Source: an uncultured Planctomycetaceae bacterium (GTDB lineage Bacteria > Planctomycetota > Planctomycetia > Isosphaerales > Isosphaeraceae). Taken from it: a stretch of DNA of 64,000 bases. Below are positions 52,004 to 61,239 of this stretch, one piece after another (the stretch's first letter is position 1; the number at the start of each line of letters is the position of its first letter). The stretch spans positions 282,769-346,768 of the forward strand of contig CAWGZA010000003.1 of the NCBI GenBank assembly GCA_963826905.1, in the 5' to 3' direction. The notes below the pieces were generated by a model that did no database searches, was not told the DNA's origin, and saw nothing but the letters and a program-made list of their open reading frames with translations. Position numbers and translations under genes: made by a program.

Positions 52004-53419
52004 CTACCCCACCGACCCTTCCATCTGAAGCTGGATCAGCTTGTTCATCTCGACGGCATACTCCATGGGAAGCTCCTTGACCAGGGGCTCGATGAAGCCG
52101 CTGACGATCAAAGTCGAGGCTTCGGCCTCGGAGAGACCGCGGCTCTTCAGGTAGAAGAGCTGTTCCTCGCCAATCTTGGAGACGCTTGCCTCGTGGCCGA
52201 CCTTGACGTCATCCTCATCGATCTCGATGTAGGGATACGTATCCGAACGGCTGGCCGCGTCGAGAATCAAAGCGTCGCAAACGACGTTCGACTTCGAGCC
52301 TCGGGCACCTGCGGCAACTTTGAGCAGTCCACGATAGCTGGCCCGGCCGCCGTTCTTGCTGATGCTCTTGGAAATGATCCGGGAGCTGGTGTAGGGGGCG
52401 CCATGGACGACCTTTCCGCCAGCGTCCTGATGCTGTCCCTTGCCGGCGAAGGCGATGGACAGGATTTCCCCGCGAGCACCCTTGCCAATCATGTAAACGG
52501 CCGGGTACTTCATCGTCAGCTTGCTGCCGAGATTGCCGTCGACCCACTCCATCAGGGCGTCCTCATGGGCGACCGCTCGCTTGGTCACGAGATTGTAGAT
52601 ATTGTTGGCCCAGTTCTGGATGGTTGTGTAGCGGCATCGTGCACCCTTCTTGACGATGATCTCGACCACTGCGGAGTGCAAGCTTTCGGTCGAGTACATG
52701 GGTGCCGTGCACCCTTCCACGTAGTGGATCTGGGCACCCTCCTCGACGATGATCAGTGTCCGCTCGAACTGGCCCATGTTCTCGGCGTTGATCCGGAAGT
52801 AAGCCTGCAGCGGAATATCAACCTTGACCCCGGCGGGCACGTAAACGAAGGATCCGCCGCTCCAGACCGCCGAGTTGAGGGCGGCAAACTTGTTGTCCTG
52901 GATCGGAATGATGGAGCCGATGTACTGCTTGACCAGGTCGGGATACTCGCGCAGTGCGGTATCGGTGTCGACGAAGATGACGCCCTTCTTCTGGAGATCT
53001 TCACGCAGGCTGTGATAGACGACTTCCGACTCGTACTGGGCACCGACCCCCGCCAGGAACTTGCGCTCGGCCTCAGGAATTCCCAGCTTGTCGAAAGTAT
53101 TTTTGATCTCGGCCGGAACGTCGTCCCAGGATTTACCCTGGCGATCGGCTGCCTTCATGTAATAATGGATGTCATCGAAATTCAGCTCCGAAAGCTCACC
53201 GCCCCATGTGGGTGTCGGCTTCTGGTGGAAAGCATCGAGAGCCTTGAGCCGGAATTCGCGCATCCAGGCAGGCTCGTTCTTCATTTCGGAGATCTGATTG
53301 ACAACATCCCGCGAGAGCCCCTTGCCGCTCTTGAAAGCGTAGTGGTCGTCAGAATCACGAAATCCATACTTGTACTCGTCTTTGATGCCCGCTACTTGAA
53401 GGTTCAGATCGGTTGCCAT
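52004..53419 (-). CDS. sufB: Fe-S cluster assembly scaffold SufB
   Basis: 471 aa; strongly conserved SufB sequence throughout. Confidence 0.95.
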   Translation of the reverse strand: MATDLNLQVAGIKDEYKYGFRDSDDHYAFKSGKGLSRDVVNQISEMKNEPAWMREFRLKALDAFHQKPTPTWGGELSELNFDDIHYYMKAADRQGKSWDDVPAEIKNTFDKLGIPEAERKFLAGVGAQYESEVVYHSLREDLQKKGVIFVDTDTALREYPDLVKQYIGSIIPIQDNKFAALNSAVWSGGSFVYVPAGVKVDIPLQAYFRINAENMGQFERTLIIVEEGAQIHYVEGCTAPMYSTESLHSAVVEIIVKKGARCRYTTIQNWANNIYNLVTKRAVAHEDALMEWVDGNLGSKLTMKYPAVYMIGKGARGEILSIAFAGKGQHQDAGGKVVHGAPYTSSRIISKSISKNGGRASYRGLLKVAAGARGSKSNVVCDALILDAASRSDTYPYIEIDEDDVKVGHEASVSKIGEEQLFYLKSRGLSEAEASTLIVSGFIEPLVKELPMEYAVEMNKLIQLQMEGSVG

Positions 53420-53508
53420 CGTGCTTGGTCCTTCCTGTCTCTTGTCTGCCTTGGTCTGCGTCGTGCCGGCGATTCAATGGAATGTTGGAGTGGCTACAGA
53501 TCGGCCAT

Positions 53509-54357
53509 TCAGTGGACTGGCTGGACGCCTTCGTGGACATGATGCTGTTTGGCCAAGAGTTCCAGCGCCTCTTCGGTCTGCGCGGCCTCCGGGTACCGTT
53601 CGCGCACCCAGTCATAGCCCTCCTTCTCGAGTTGCTTGACCAGCTCCGGGCCACCATTCTCGACAATCTGGCCGCCGAAGAGAATGTGGACGAACTGGGG
53701 CTTGATGTAGGTGAGGATCCGCTCGTAGTGGGTGATCACCAGGATGCCGGTCGAATGCTTGGCAGCAACCCGGTTGACTCCCTCGGAAACGATCCGCACG
53801 GCGTCGATGTCCAGGCCGCTATCAGTCTCGTCGAGGATTGCGAAAGTGGGGCGGAGCATGGCGAGTTGGAGGATCTCGGCGCGCTTCTTCTCACCTCCGG
53901 AGAAACCTTCGTTGAGGTAGCGGCGGGCAAATTCGTGATCCATCCCCAGCTCATCCATCTGCTCGCGGAGTTCCTTGCGGAAGTCGCGCATCGGAATCAG
54001 GTCCTCGCCTTCCTTGCGAGCGGGGTTGCGCACATTGGTGACCGCGTGGCGAAGAAAGTTGGCAACGGTCACACCGGGGATGGAAGTCGGATATTGAAAC
54101 GCAAGGAAAAGGCCCTGCTTGGCACGTTCGTCCGGCTCCAAAGTCAAGATGTCCTGGCCGTCAAGCGTGACCGAGCCGTCCAGCACCTCGTAATTCGGAT
54201 GACCCATGAGGGCGTAACTGAGCGTGCTTTTCCCCGAACCATTGGGTCCCATCAATGCGTGGACTTCTCCCTGGCGGATCGTCAAGTTCACGCCCCGAAG
54301 GATTTCCTTTCCTTCAATGGCCACACGCAGGTTCTCGATGCGAAGTTCCTTGGTCAT
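53509..54357 (-). CDS. sufC: Fe-S cluster assembly ATPase SufC
   Basis: Walker [14 protein letters not shown] signature LSGGEKKR, Walker [11 protein letters not shown]. Confidence 0.95.
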   Translation of the reverse strand: MTKELRIENLRVAIEGKEILRGVNLTIRQGEVHALMGPNGSGKSTLSYALMGHPNYEVLDGSVTLDGQDILTLEPDERAKQGLFLAFQYPTSIPGVTVANFLRHAVTNVRNPARKEGEDLIPMRDFRKELREQMDELGMDHEFARRYLNEGFSGGEKKRAEILQLAMLRPTFAILDETDSGLDIDAVRIVSEGVNRVAAKHSTGILVITHYERILTYIKPQFVHILFGGQIVENGGPELVKQLEKEGYDWVRERYPEAAQTEEALELLAKQHHVHEGVQPVH

Positions 54358-54509
54358 CGGTCAAATACCCTGTTCTGATCCACAACGTCGTTGAGCCACT
54401 CATCACTCTTGCCGCCGGCAGCCGAGTGCCTCGGCGTACTCTACAGTTTGCTGGTTTTCATGCTGCCAGGAACACCTGAAGTGCTGGCCAGAATCAGGTC
54501 AAATCGCAC

Positions 54510-55202
54510 TCAAGGTACCTGGCCGGCATAGCTCGCTTCCTCCAGGGAAATGGGCGCAGGCTTGGCCTGAAAGTCGCACGAGCGATCGCCGTCGAGTCGG
54601 CACTGGCTGAGTCGCAGGCTCCGGCCAAGCACCTTCTCGAGCATCTTGCGCTCGAGGGCGCAGATCGCAGGGTCAGTCTCCGCAAGTTCGTAGTAAGGGC
54701 AGGAATGCTGGCGGAGGATCAGGGCCAAACTGGTCTCGTCACGGGCAACTTCCGCTTCAACTCCGCGATCATGCAAGACGCCGCTTAGCTGGATCAGACG
54801 GCCTTCCCATTCCTGGTTGGTCACCCTCGTACGGTATACATCCGCAAGTCGATCGGTGATCCTGGTAAAGAGAAGGCGGCGCAGTTTCCGATCCGCAACG
54901 CTGGCCATCATCTCCTCCCAGAGCGCCAAGGCCAGGTCAGCATAGTTCTGCCCCAGACGCTTGTGAGCCTCGACGCTGGCTTGGTATTGGTGTCTGGGCC
55001 GCCCCCGCGCTCCATGCTCGGGCTTGCGCTCAACCAGTCCCGTGGCCAGTAGCCGCGATAACCGATTACGAACCGCCGTCCCGGTCACGGCAAGTCGTCT
55101 GGCCATTTCTGCCACCGTCAAGGGACCGCTCCGGCGGATCAGATCCAGCAGTTCGCGATCGGCTGACTCAGACATCCCAGACCTTTCCAGGTGATCAATC
55201 AT
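54510..55202 (-). CDS. sufR: SufR-like transcriptional regulator (winged HTH plus C-terminal Cys cluster)
   Basis: HTH (LTVAEMARRLAVTGTAVRNRLSRL) and Cys motif CPYYELAETDPAICALE...CRLDGDRSC, heading the suf operon. Confidence 0.75.
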   Translation of the reverse strand: MIDHLERSGMSESADRELLDLIRRSGPLTVAEMARRLAVTGTAVRNRLSRLLATGLVERKPEHGARGRPRHQYQASVEAHKRLGQNYADLALALWEEMMASVADRKLRRLLFTRITDRLADVYRTRVTNQEWEGRLIQLSGVLHDRGVEAEVARDETSLALILRQHSCPYYELAETDPAICALERKMLEKVLGRSLRLSQCRLDGDRSCDFQAKPAPISLEEASYAGQVP

Positions 55203-55399
55203 GCAAGATCATCGTTATCCGCGACGAACCTTGACATGACACGCCGAAGCCGTGATTCGATATGATTGTAGAAGCGGGTCTCCACAGCGTCTACCATGCA
55301 GGACCCATTTTTCGCTTTTTTCACAAAAACAATTGCGAAAAGTCGATTCGGCCTTTTGATCTCTGAATCCCAAGTGGTTTATTGACAGGGAAGTAAAGT

Positions 55400-58300
55400 G
55401 TGAAGGAGTCCGAGTTGGCCGATATCAACCAGGATCTGCTGCTTGCGGCTTTGGCCGTGTTGACGGATGTGGTTCCTCGCGAATTGCTTCGCTCCACGCT
55501 CCTGATGTCGGCACAGAATCCCGATCGCTCGTTTGCCGACCTGCTTCTGGAATCGGGTGCCGTTGACGAGAGCCGGGTCAAGGCGCTGCAGTGCTTGGTT
55601 GCGGCCCATCTTCGCAATCACAATGGTGACTTACAACTCAGCATCGATGCATGGAACGCACAGGCGCTGACGCAGGATATGCTGACGGAACTGGAGAAAG
55701 CCGCACCCGGCACGACTCTGGGCGCGACTCTCGCCGCGACCCTGGCACCAACCCAGGCAGGGCCAGGTCTGGATGGCATGAGGGCCGGGACAAGGTCCGA
55801 ACTTCCCAGCTTCACGCAGGACGAGCGTTTTGAGCTGATCAGCCCCCACGCAAAGGGTGGCATCGGCCAGGTCTGGCTGGCTCGGGATCGCGAGTTGCAG
55901 CGTGAAGTTGCCGTCAAGGAAATCCAGGCACGGTATGTGGACCGGGCGGGGTTGAGAGCGCGGTTTCTGCTCGAAGCCGAGATCACAGGCAACCTGGAGC
56001 ATCCGGGAATCGTGCCTGTCTATAGCCTGGGCCGCAACGCTTCCGGCCGGCCTTTTTACGCTATGAGGTTTATCCACGGAGAAACGCTTTCGGCAGCAAT
56101 CAAGCGATTTCATGAGGCCCGGAAGGCTGACGCGGAGAAAGCCGGTCATCGCACGAGCTCAACCTGGGGGATCGAGTTTCAGCAACTCCTGAGGCGCTTT
56201 CTCGACGTCTGCGACGCGATGGAGTATGCCCATAGCCGGGGCGTGATCCATCGCGACCTCAAACCCGGCAATATCATGCTCGGTGAGTATGGTGAAACAC
56301 TTGTCGTGGACTGGGGGCTGGCCAAACGGATTGGCAAGATTGATATCGTGGCGGTCCATGGTGAAGGCGGGGAGGAAACAGATCTCGATATAGGGGGGCC
56401 CGTCGGCGGCGAGACCCAGCCTGGCACCACGATTGGCACGCCTTCGTACATGAGTCCGGAGCAGGCTCGAGGCGCGCTGGAAGAACTGGGACCGGCCAGC
56501 GACGTCTATAGCCTCGGCGCAACGCTCTATGAACTGCTCACAGATACGTTTCCCTTCGCGGCGGAGAATGCCGCCAAGATCATCGCCAAGGTAAAAGCAG
56601 GCGAGCTCACCCCGCCGCGTGAACTGATGCCTTCGCTTCCTCCCCAACTGGAGGCGATCTGTCTCAAGGCGATGACCTTTCAGCCGGGCCAGCGCTACCA
56701 GTCGGCCCGCGACCTGGCCCGCGACCTCGAGCACTGGATGGCCGACGAACCCGTCGCCGCCTATCCCGAGCGTTCGCTTCAGAAAGTCTCGCGCTGGCTG
56801 CGCCGGCATCGGAGTTGGACTTACGCCGGTGCGGCTGCCCTGGTCGGCATCACCACGGTCGCGATGCTCGCGTTGTTCGTCGTCGACGGCGCACGCCGCG
56901 GCGAAGAGAACGCCCGCAAGGAAGCGGAAAAGAACTTCAAGATGGCCCAGCAGGCTGCCAAGGAAGCGGAAGACAACTTCAAGATGGCTCAGCAGGCCGT
57001 TGATGACTACCTGACCAATGTCAGCGAGAACACCCTGTTCAAGGAGCAAGACACACTCGATATTCGCACCCTTCGTCAGGATCTCTTGAGGTCCGCCTTA
57101 CCCTATTACGAGCGGTTTTTGAAGGAGCGAAGCCAGGATCCACAGCTCCGTGAACAACTGGCCAATGCCTATTTTCGATTGGGCGATATCACGCGTGTGA
57201 TCGGATCATCGCAAGACGCGATCAACTACTATCGCTCAGCGCTCGAACTCTGGGAGTCTCTGGCCAGGAACGTCCCCGACCACCCTCAGTTGCAGCGCCG
57301 GCTGGCCGATTGCTACTTCGCCATGGGCAGACTCAGAGTATCGGACAACCTTCCCGAAGCCATGAACTGGCAAGGTAACGCGCTGCGGATTTATGAGCTG
57401 CTCGCAGCCCAGGACCCGAGCGATTCACGGCTGCAAGCCACCCTCGCCGAGTGTTACTCAAAACTGGCGATCTGCTTTTCCGACGACCAGCAGCCAGAAA
57501 AATGCTTGCAGTATCTCGACAAGGCCCGCGACATTCAGCTCAAGCTCGTCGATGGTCATCCCGACGACATCGAATACAAGAAGGGCCTGGCCGAGATTCT
57601 CAACCACAAGGGTTACTTCTACTTCGCACGCGGCGAATACAGTACGGCGCTCTCCACCTACGAGGAATTTCAGCGACTCTGCCTGGAAATCCTCCGCGAG
57701 CATCCCAGCCCCACGCCTCTGAAGTTGCAGAACAATCTTGCAATCAGCTATTACAACATCGCCATGATGAACCTCGAGCAAGACAAGTACCAGCGTGCTC
57801 TTGTAGCCCTCAAGGATGCCGAGGACAACTGGACCCGGCTGATGAACCTCCATCCGTCGGTCACCAGTTATCGAGCGGATCTCGGTAGGGTCTACATGCG
57901 AACAGCCGACGCCGAACGACAGTTGAAACATGCCACCGCGGCGTTGGCGAGACTCAAGAAGGCAGAGGAAATCCTCGATCAACTCGTCAAAACGGAACCC
58001 GACAACCTCGATTACCGGTTTGACCAGGCATGGACGACGAATCTCGAAGGAGTCATTCACGACGAGGCGCGACGGAACGACCTGGCGCGGCCGCTGTTCG
58101 AGGAGACCGTGCAGCAGAAGCGGGAAAACGTGCGGCGATCCAACGGCATTGATTTATATAAAGTTGACCTCTGTGTGGGCCTGGAGAATCTGGGCGAAAC
58201 TTACGTCGACATGGGCCAGGTAACCCAGGGACTGCCACATTACATCGAGGCGCTGGACCTTCGGGAAAAGCTGCTGAAAGCCCACCCGGAAGTTCGCGAG

Positions 58301-58990
58301 CGCACAACGGCGCTGGCCGACACGCTGACCAAGGTCGGAGATATTCAACGGCAGAACGGCGACCTGGAGGATGCCGGCGACTACTATGACAGGGCGATGG
58401 CCGTGCTTGAACTGCACGTGGCCAAAGATCATGCGGACCGGCAGGTGCTCGATCCACTTGCCGATGTGCTCGAGCGCCGGGCAAACCTCCATGAAGAACT
58501 CGGCCAACCCGACAAGAGTATCGCCCTGCTCTCTCGAGCGGCCGATCTGGCACGGGCCTCGCTGAAGGCAGCCGCCGATGATGGTAAAGCGCGGGGCATC
58601 CTTTCCGAATCGCTCTGGGACCTGGCGCGGTTGTTTCGCAAAGCCGGCCGCGAACTCGACGCATCAGGAATGGAGCAGGAGCGGATCAAGCTCTGGAAGG
58701 ATCGCCCGGTGGAGGAACTCGTGAAGCAGGCGACCCAGCAAGCGGCCCGCTCGAACTTGATCGGATATGGCAAGACCCCGGTTCCACCACCAGGGGAGCA
58801 AGCTCGAAAAATCGACCGCGACCACGCGGTCGCCGATCTCGAACTCGCTTTCAGCCAAGGTTTTACTGATTTCTCACGGCTCAAGGACGACCCCGATCTC
58901 GTATTGCTTTTCGACCGGCAAGACATGAGACGCGCGATCGAGGGTAGCAGCAAGCAGCGAACTCCGGAGAGCCTCATCAGGCCCAAGTGA
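55400..58990 (+). CDS. Membrane Ser/Thr protein kinase with C-terminal TPR-repeat domain (1196 aa)
   Basis: Hanks kinase (GGIGQVWLARD...AVKEI, HRDLKPGNIML, DWGLAK, SPEQ), a single TM (YAGAAALVGITTVAMLALFVV), then ~15 TPR-like repeats. Confidence 0.9.
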   Translation: MKESELADINQDLLLAALAVLTDVVPRELLRSTLLMSAQNPDRSFADLLLESGAVDESRVKALQCLVAAHLRNHNGDLQLSIDAWNAQALTQDMLTELEKAAPGTTLGATLAATLAPTQAGPGLDGMRAGTRSELPSFTQDERFELISPHAKGGIGQVWLARDRELQREVAVKEIQARYVDRAGLRARFLLEAEITGNLEHPGIVPVYSLGRNASGRPFYAMRFIHGETLSAAIKRFHEARKADAEKAGHRTSSTWGIEFQQLLRRFLDVCDAMEYAHSRGVIHRDLKPGNIMLGEYGETLVVDWGLAKRIGKIDIVAVHGEGGEETDLDIGGPVGGETQPGTTIGTPSYMSPEQARGALEELGPASDVYSLGATLYELLTDTFPFAAENAAKIIAKVKAGELTPPRELMPSLPPQLEAICLKAMTFQPGQRYQSARDLARDLEHWMADEPVAAYPERSLQKVSRWLRRHRSWTYAGAAALVGITTVAMLALFVVDGARRGEENARKEAEKNFKMAQQAAKEAEDNFKMAQQAVDDYLTNVSENTLFKEQDTLDIRTLRQDLLRSALPYYERFLKERSQDPQLREQLANAYFRLGDITRVIGSSQDAINYYRSALELWESLARNVPDHPQLQRRLADCYFAMGRLRVSDNLPEAMNWQGNALRIYELLAAQDPSDSRLQATLAECYSKLAICFSDDQQPEKCLQYLDKARDIQLKLVDGHPDDIEYKKGLAEILNHKGYFYFARGEYSTALSTYEEFQRLCLEILREHPSPTPLKLQNNLAISYYNIAMMNLEQDKYQRALVALKDAEDNWTRLMNLHPSVTSYRADLGRVYMRTADAERQLKHATAALARLKKAEEILDQLVKTEPDNLDYRFDQAWTTNLEGVIHDEARRNDLARPLFEETVQQKRENVRRSNGIDLYKVDLCVGLENLGETYVDMGQVTQGLPHYIEALDLREKLLKAHPEVRERTTALADTLTKVGDIQRQNGDLEDAGDYYDRAMAVLELHVAKDHADRQVLDPLADVLERRANLHEELGQPDKSIALLSRAADLARASLKAAADDGKARGILSESLWDLARLFRKAGRELDASGMEQERIKLWKDRPVEELVKQATQQAARSNLIGYGKTPVPPPGEQARKIDRDHAVADLELAFSQGFTDFSRLKDDPDLVLLFDRQDMRRAIEGSSKQRTPESLIRPK

Positions 58991-59190
58991 ACGGTACAGG
59001 CACTTTCCAAGGTCCTAACTCTCCAGGCCGTCAGTTCTTTCAGATCCAAAAACTGGCTGTATGTTTTCACTCGCACAGCCTTGGAAAGTCAGTGTCAAAT
59101 GTATTTGCGCACACTATATACTTTAGTACATTTCGAAAAGATTCCCTGGATTCCAGCGAATTACTGTAACCTTCCGGAGAGGAATCGTTT

Positions 59191-59202
59191 CTACTTAAGT
59201 AG
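59191..59202. promoter_or_regulatory. Perfect 12-bp palindrome CTACTTAAGTAG ~35 bp upstream of the leader-peptide ORF (candidate operator)
   Basis: Seen directly, inside an AT-rich intergenic region. Confidence 0.4.
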
Positions 59203-59236
59203 GACAGATCACATAACCCTCAATCAGGGGCCTGAC

Positions 59237-59395
59237 ATGAGTGAGAACAAAAAGGAAAAGCCTGCTCCCAAGCAGGACACCAAGGCAGACAAGAAAACCT
59301 CGGAGACGGTCCATCTTTCGGCTGAGGACCTTCGCAGAATCTCCGGCGGCGCCTCAGCCACGGGTCCTACCAAGCCCATTACCGGTCATCATTGA
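59237..59395 (+). CDS. Double-glycine-leader precursor peptide (52 aa): leader ...LSAEDLRRISGG, core ASATGPTKPITGHH
   Basis: LSxxELxxIxGG matches the consensus of GG-type leaders cleaved by C39 peptidase-domain ABC transporters. It lies 188 bp upstream of the HlyD-family gene, behind an AT-rich promoter-like region. Confidence 0.5.
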   Translation: MSENKKEKPAPKQDTKADKKTSETVHLSAEDLRRISGGASATGPTKPITGHH

Positions 59396-59694
59396 ACTGT
59401 CGTCGCAGAGTTCACTCTGCCGACTGGCTCGGACTCAGCGACTCAACCCGACCACTTGCGAGTCGACCTCCACCCAGAACCCGCGCCCCTGGACGTCTTC
59501 GACGGCGTTCAGGGCGTTTCTGATTCCAGGGCCGTGGACCTTGCGCTCTCGTTGATGCTTGGGTTTGAGGGCTCGCGCAGTCCGTGTCGGGTGCCGGCTT
59601 TTTACCTCTCGACTCGGTGCCCGGAAAAGCTGCTAAACTAGAACGTCGCCGCGACCCTGTCGTTCTCATTTCGCGTCTGGGCGGGAAGCTTGAG

Positions 59695-61053
59695 ATGAGT
59701 GATTCCGAGACTCCTCCGCCGGGCCCGCCGATGGACATGTCGGGGGTTGCCCTGGAACAGCTTGACACCCTTGTCCGGGTGACGACGATCCAGGCTTGGA
59801 TCTCGTTGGGGACTCTTTTCGCCGTCTGCGCGGGGGCTGTCCTCTTTGCTTTTCTCTATCGAGTCCCCAAAAAGGTTGTCGGCGAAGGAATTCTGCTGAT
59901 CAAGCGTGATCGGCTGTCGCAGGTGCGGGCGCTGGGCACAGGCCGGCTCGTACGACTCGATGTCACCCTGGGCCAGTTCATTGAAACGAACAAGACGATC
60001 GGCGAGATCTACCAGCAGGATCTCAAGGACACGATCAGCGAGACAACCGCCCGACTTGAACAGCTTCGGGACGAGAATGAGCGGCTGATCCGGTTTGAAA
60101 CCGATGAGCGAACGGTCCAGAGTCAGGCAATCAATCGCCTCCGTGACGCGATCAATCGTACGATCGAGAATTCCAACGCGGGGCTCAGGGTCGCGGTGCG
60201 GATCGTCGAGGGCTCCGAGCGCCTGCGCCTGATCAGCCAGCTCAGCAATCTCGACTACCTCAAGGATTTGCAACAGAAGTACACAATTCAGAACGATATC
60301 AATACTGGGTTTTCCAAACTTGCGGAGCTCGACCTCACACGGCTGACGTCGGAAAACGTGCGGCAACGGGCCCGCCTGCAGCGCGAGCTCGAAATCAACA
60401 AACTGCTGACCAAGCTCCGGCTCGATGGTGAGAAGCTCGAGCGCACATCGCGAATTGTCAGCCACACTCAGGGAACGGTCACCCAGATTCTGACGGCCGC
60501 TGACGAATTCGTGCGCGAGGGAGCGCCCGTGGTCCTGCTTTCGTCGCCGAAGGAGACGATTCCCGCCCCTGACTTCATCGGCCCTCCCGAGTTCATCCCT
60601 GACTTTGTCGGCCCTTATGAGTGCACCGTGTTTGTACCGGCCGGAGAGGGCAAGAAGATCGACGTGGATAACTTCGTCGAGGTCATGCCGGCGACGATCA
60701 AGCGCGAGGAGCACGGCTTTATTCACGGCAAGGTCGTCGCCGTCTCCGAATTGCCGGCGACTCGCCTGGCCATGGAGGCAGCACTTCAGCATCCGGACCT
60801 GGTTGAGACATTTCTCAAACGATACTCTCCCGGCGTGCTGCTGCGTGTGCACGTGAAACTGGAGCCACGTATGGGCACCGACTCCAGTGAACTCGATCAA
60901 GCCGATCTCAACCGATTCCGCTGGTCCTCCTCCTCGGGCACGAGGCAGAAGCTCAAGACCGGAACACTATGCGAGGCAGCCATCGTCGTCGAAAAACAAC
61001 GGCTGATCACACTCGTCGTTCCCTGGATCAAGAAGCTCATGGATCTCCAATGA
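59695..61053 (+). CDS. HlyD-family membrane-fusion / periplasmic adaptor protein (bacteriocin-type secretion protein)
   Basis: ALEQLDTLVRVTTIQAWISLGTLFAVCAGAVLFAF is the classic N-terminus plus TM, followed by a long coiled-coil and a C-terminal beta domain. Confidence 0.8.
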   Translation: MSDSETPPPGPPMDMSGVALEQLDTLVRVTTIQAWISLGTLFAVCAGAVLFAFLYRVPKKVVGEGILLIKRDRLSQVRALGTGRLVRLDVTLGQFIETNKTIGEIYQQDLKDTISETTARLEQLRDENERLIRFETDERTVQSQAINRLRDAINRTIENSNAGLRVAVRIVEGSERLRLISQLSNLDYLKDLQQKYTIQNDINTGFSKLAELDLTRLTSENVRQRARLQRELEINKLLTKLRLDGEKLERTSRIVSHTQGTVTQILTAADEFVREGAPVVLLSSPKETIPAPDFIGPPEFIPDFVGPYECTVFVPAGEGKKIDVDNFVEVMPATIKREEHGFIHGKVVAVSELPATRLAMEAALQHPDLVETFLKRYSPGVLLRVHVKLEPRMGTDSSELDQADLNRFRWSSSSGTRQKLKTGTLCEAAIVVEKQRLITLVVPWIKKLMDLQ

Positions 61054-61239
61054 CCAGCGGGACTGGGCAAATCGCCCTCAAGAGCCATGGGATCGGGTAA
61101 CTGGGTAACCCCGCCTGAGTTGTCGAGTTCGAACTCGCCTTGTATGATGATCTGGGAAGTCAGACCTCGGTTGACCGTGGTACCGGTGACTTCGCGCCTG
61201 CCAACCGACACCCACCGTTTTCTGGTGATTTGCTTCAAC

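Noticed and set aside
55618-56149. Minus-strand ORFs inside the kinase gene suggesting an overlapping gene
   Set aside because: The translations are Ser/Arg/Cys-rich and antisense to a strongly conserved Hanks kinase domain. They are shadow ORFs.
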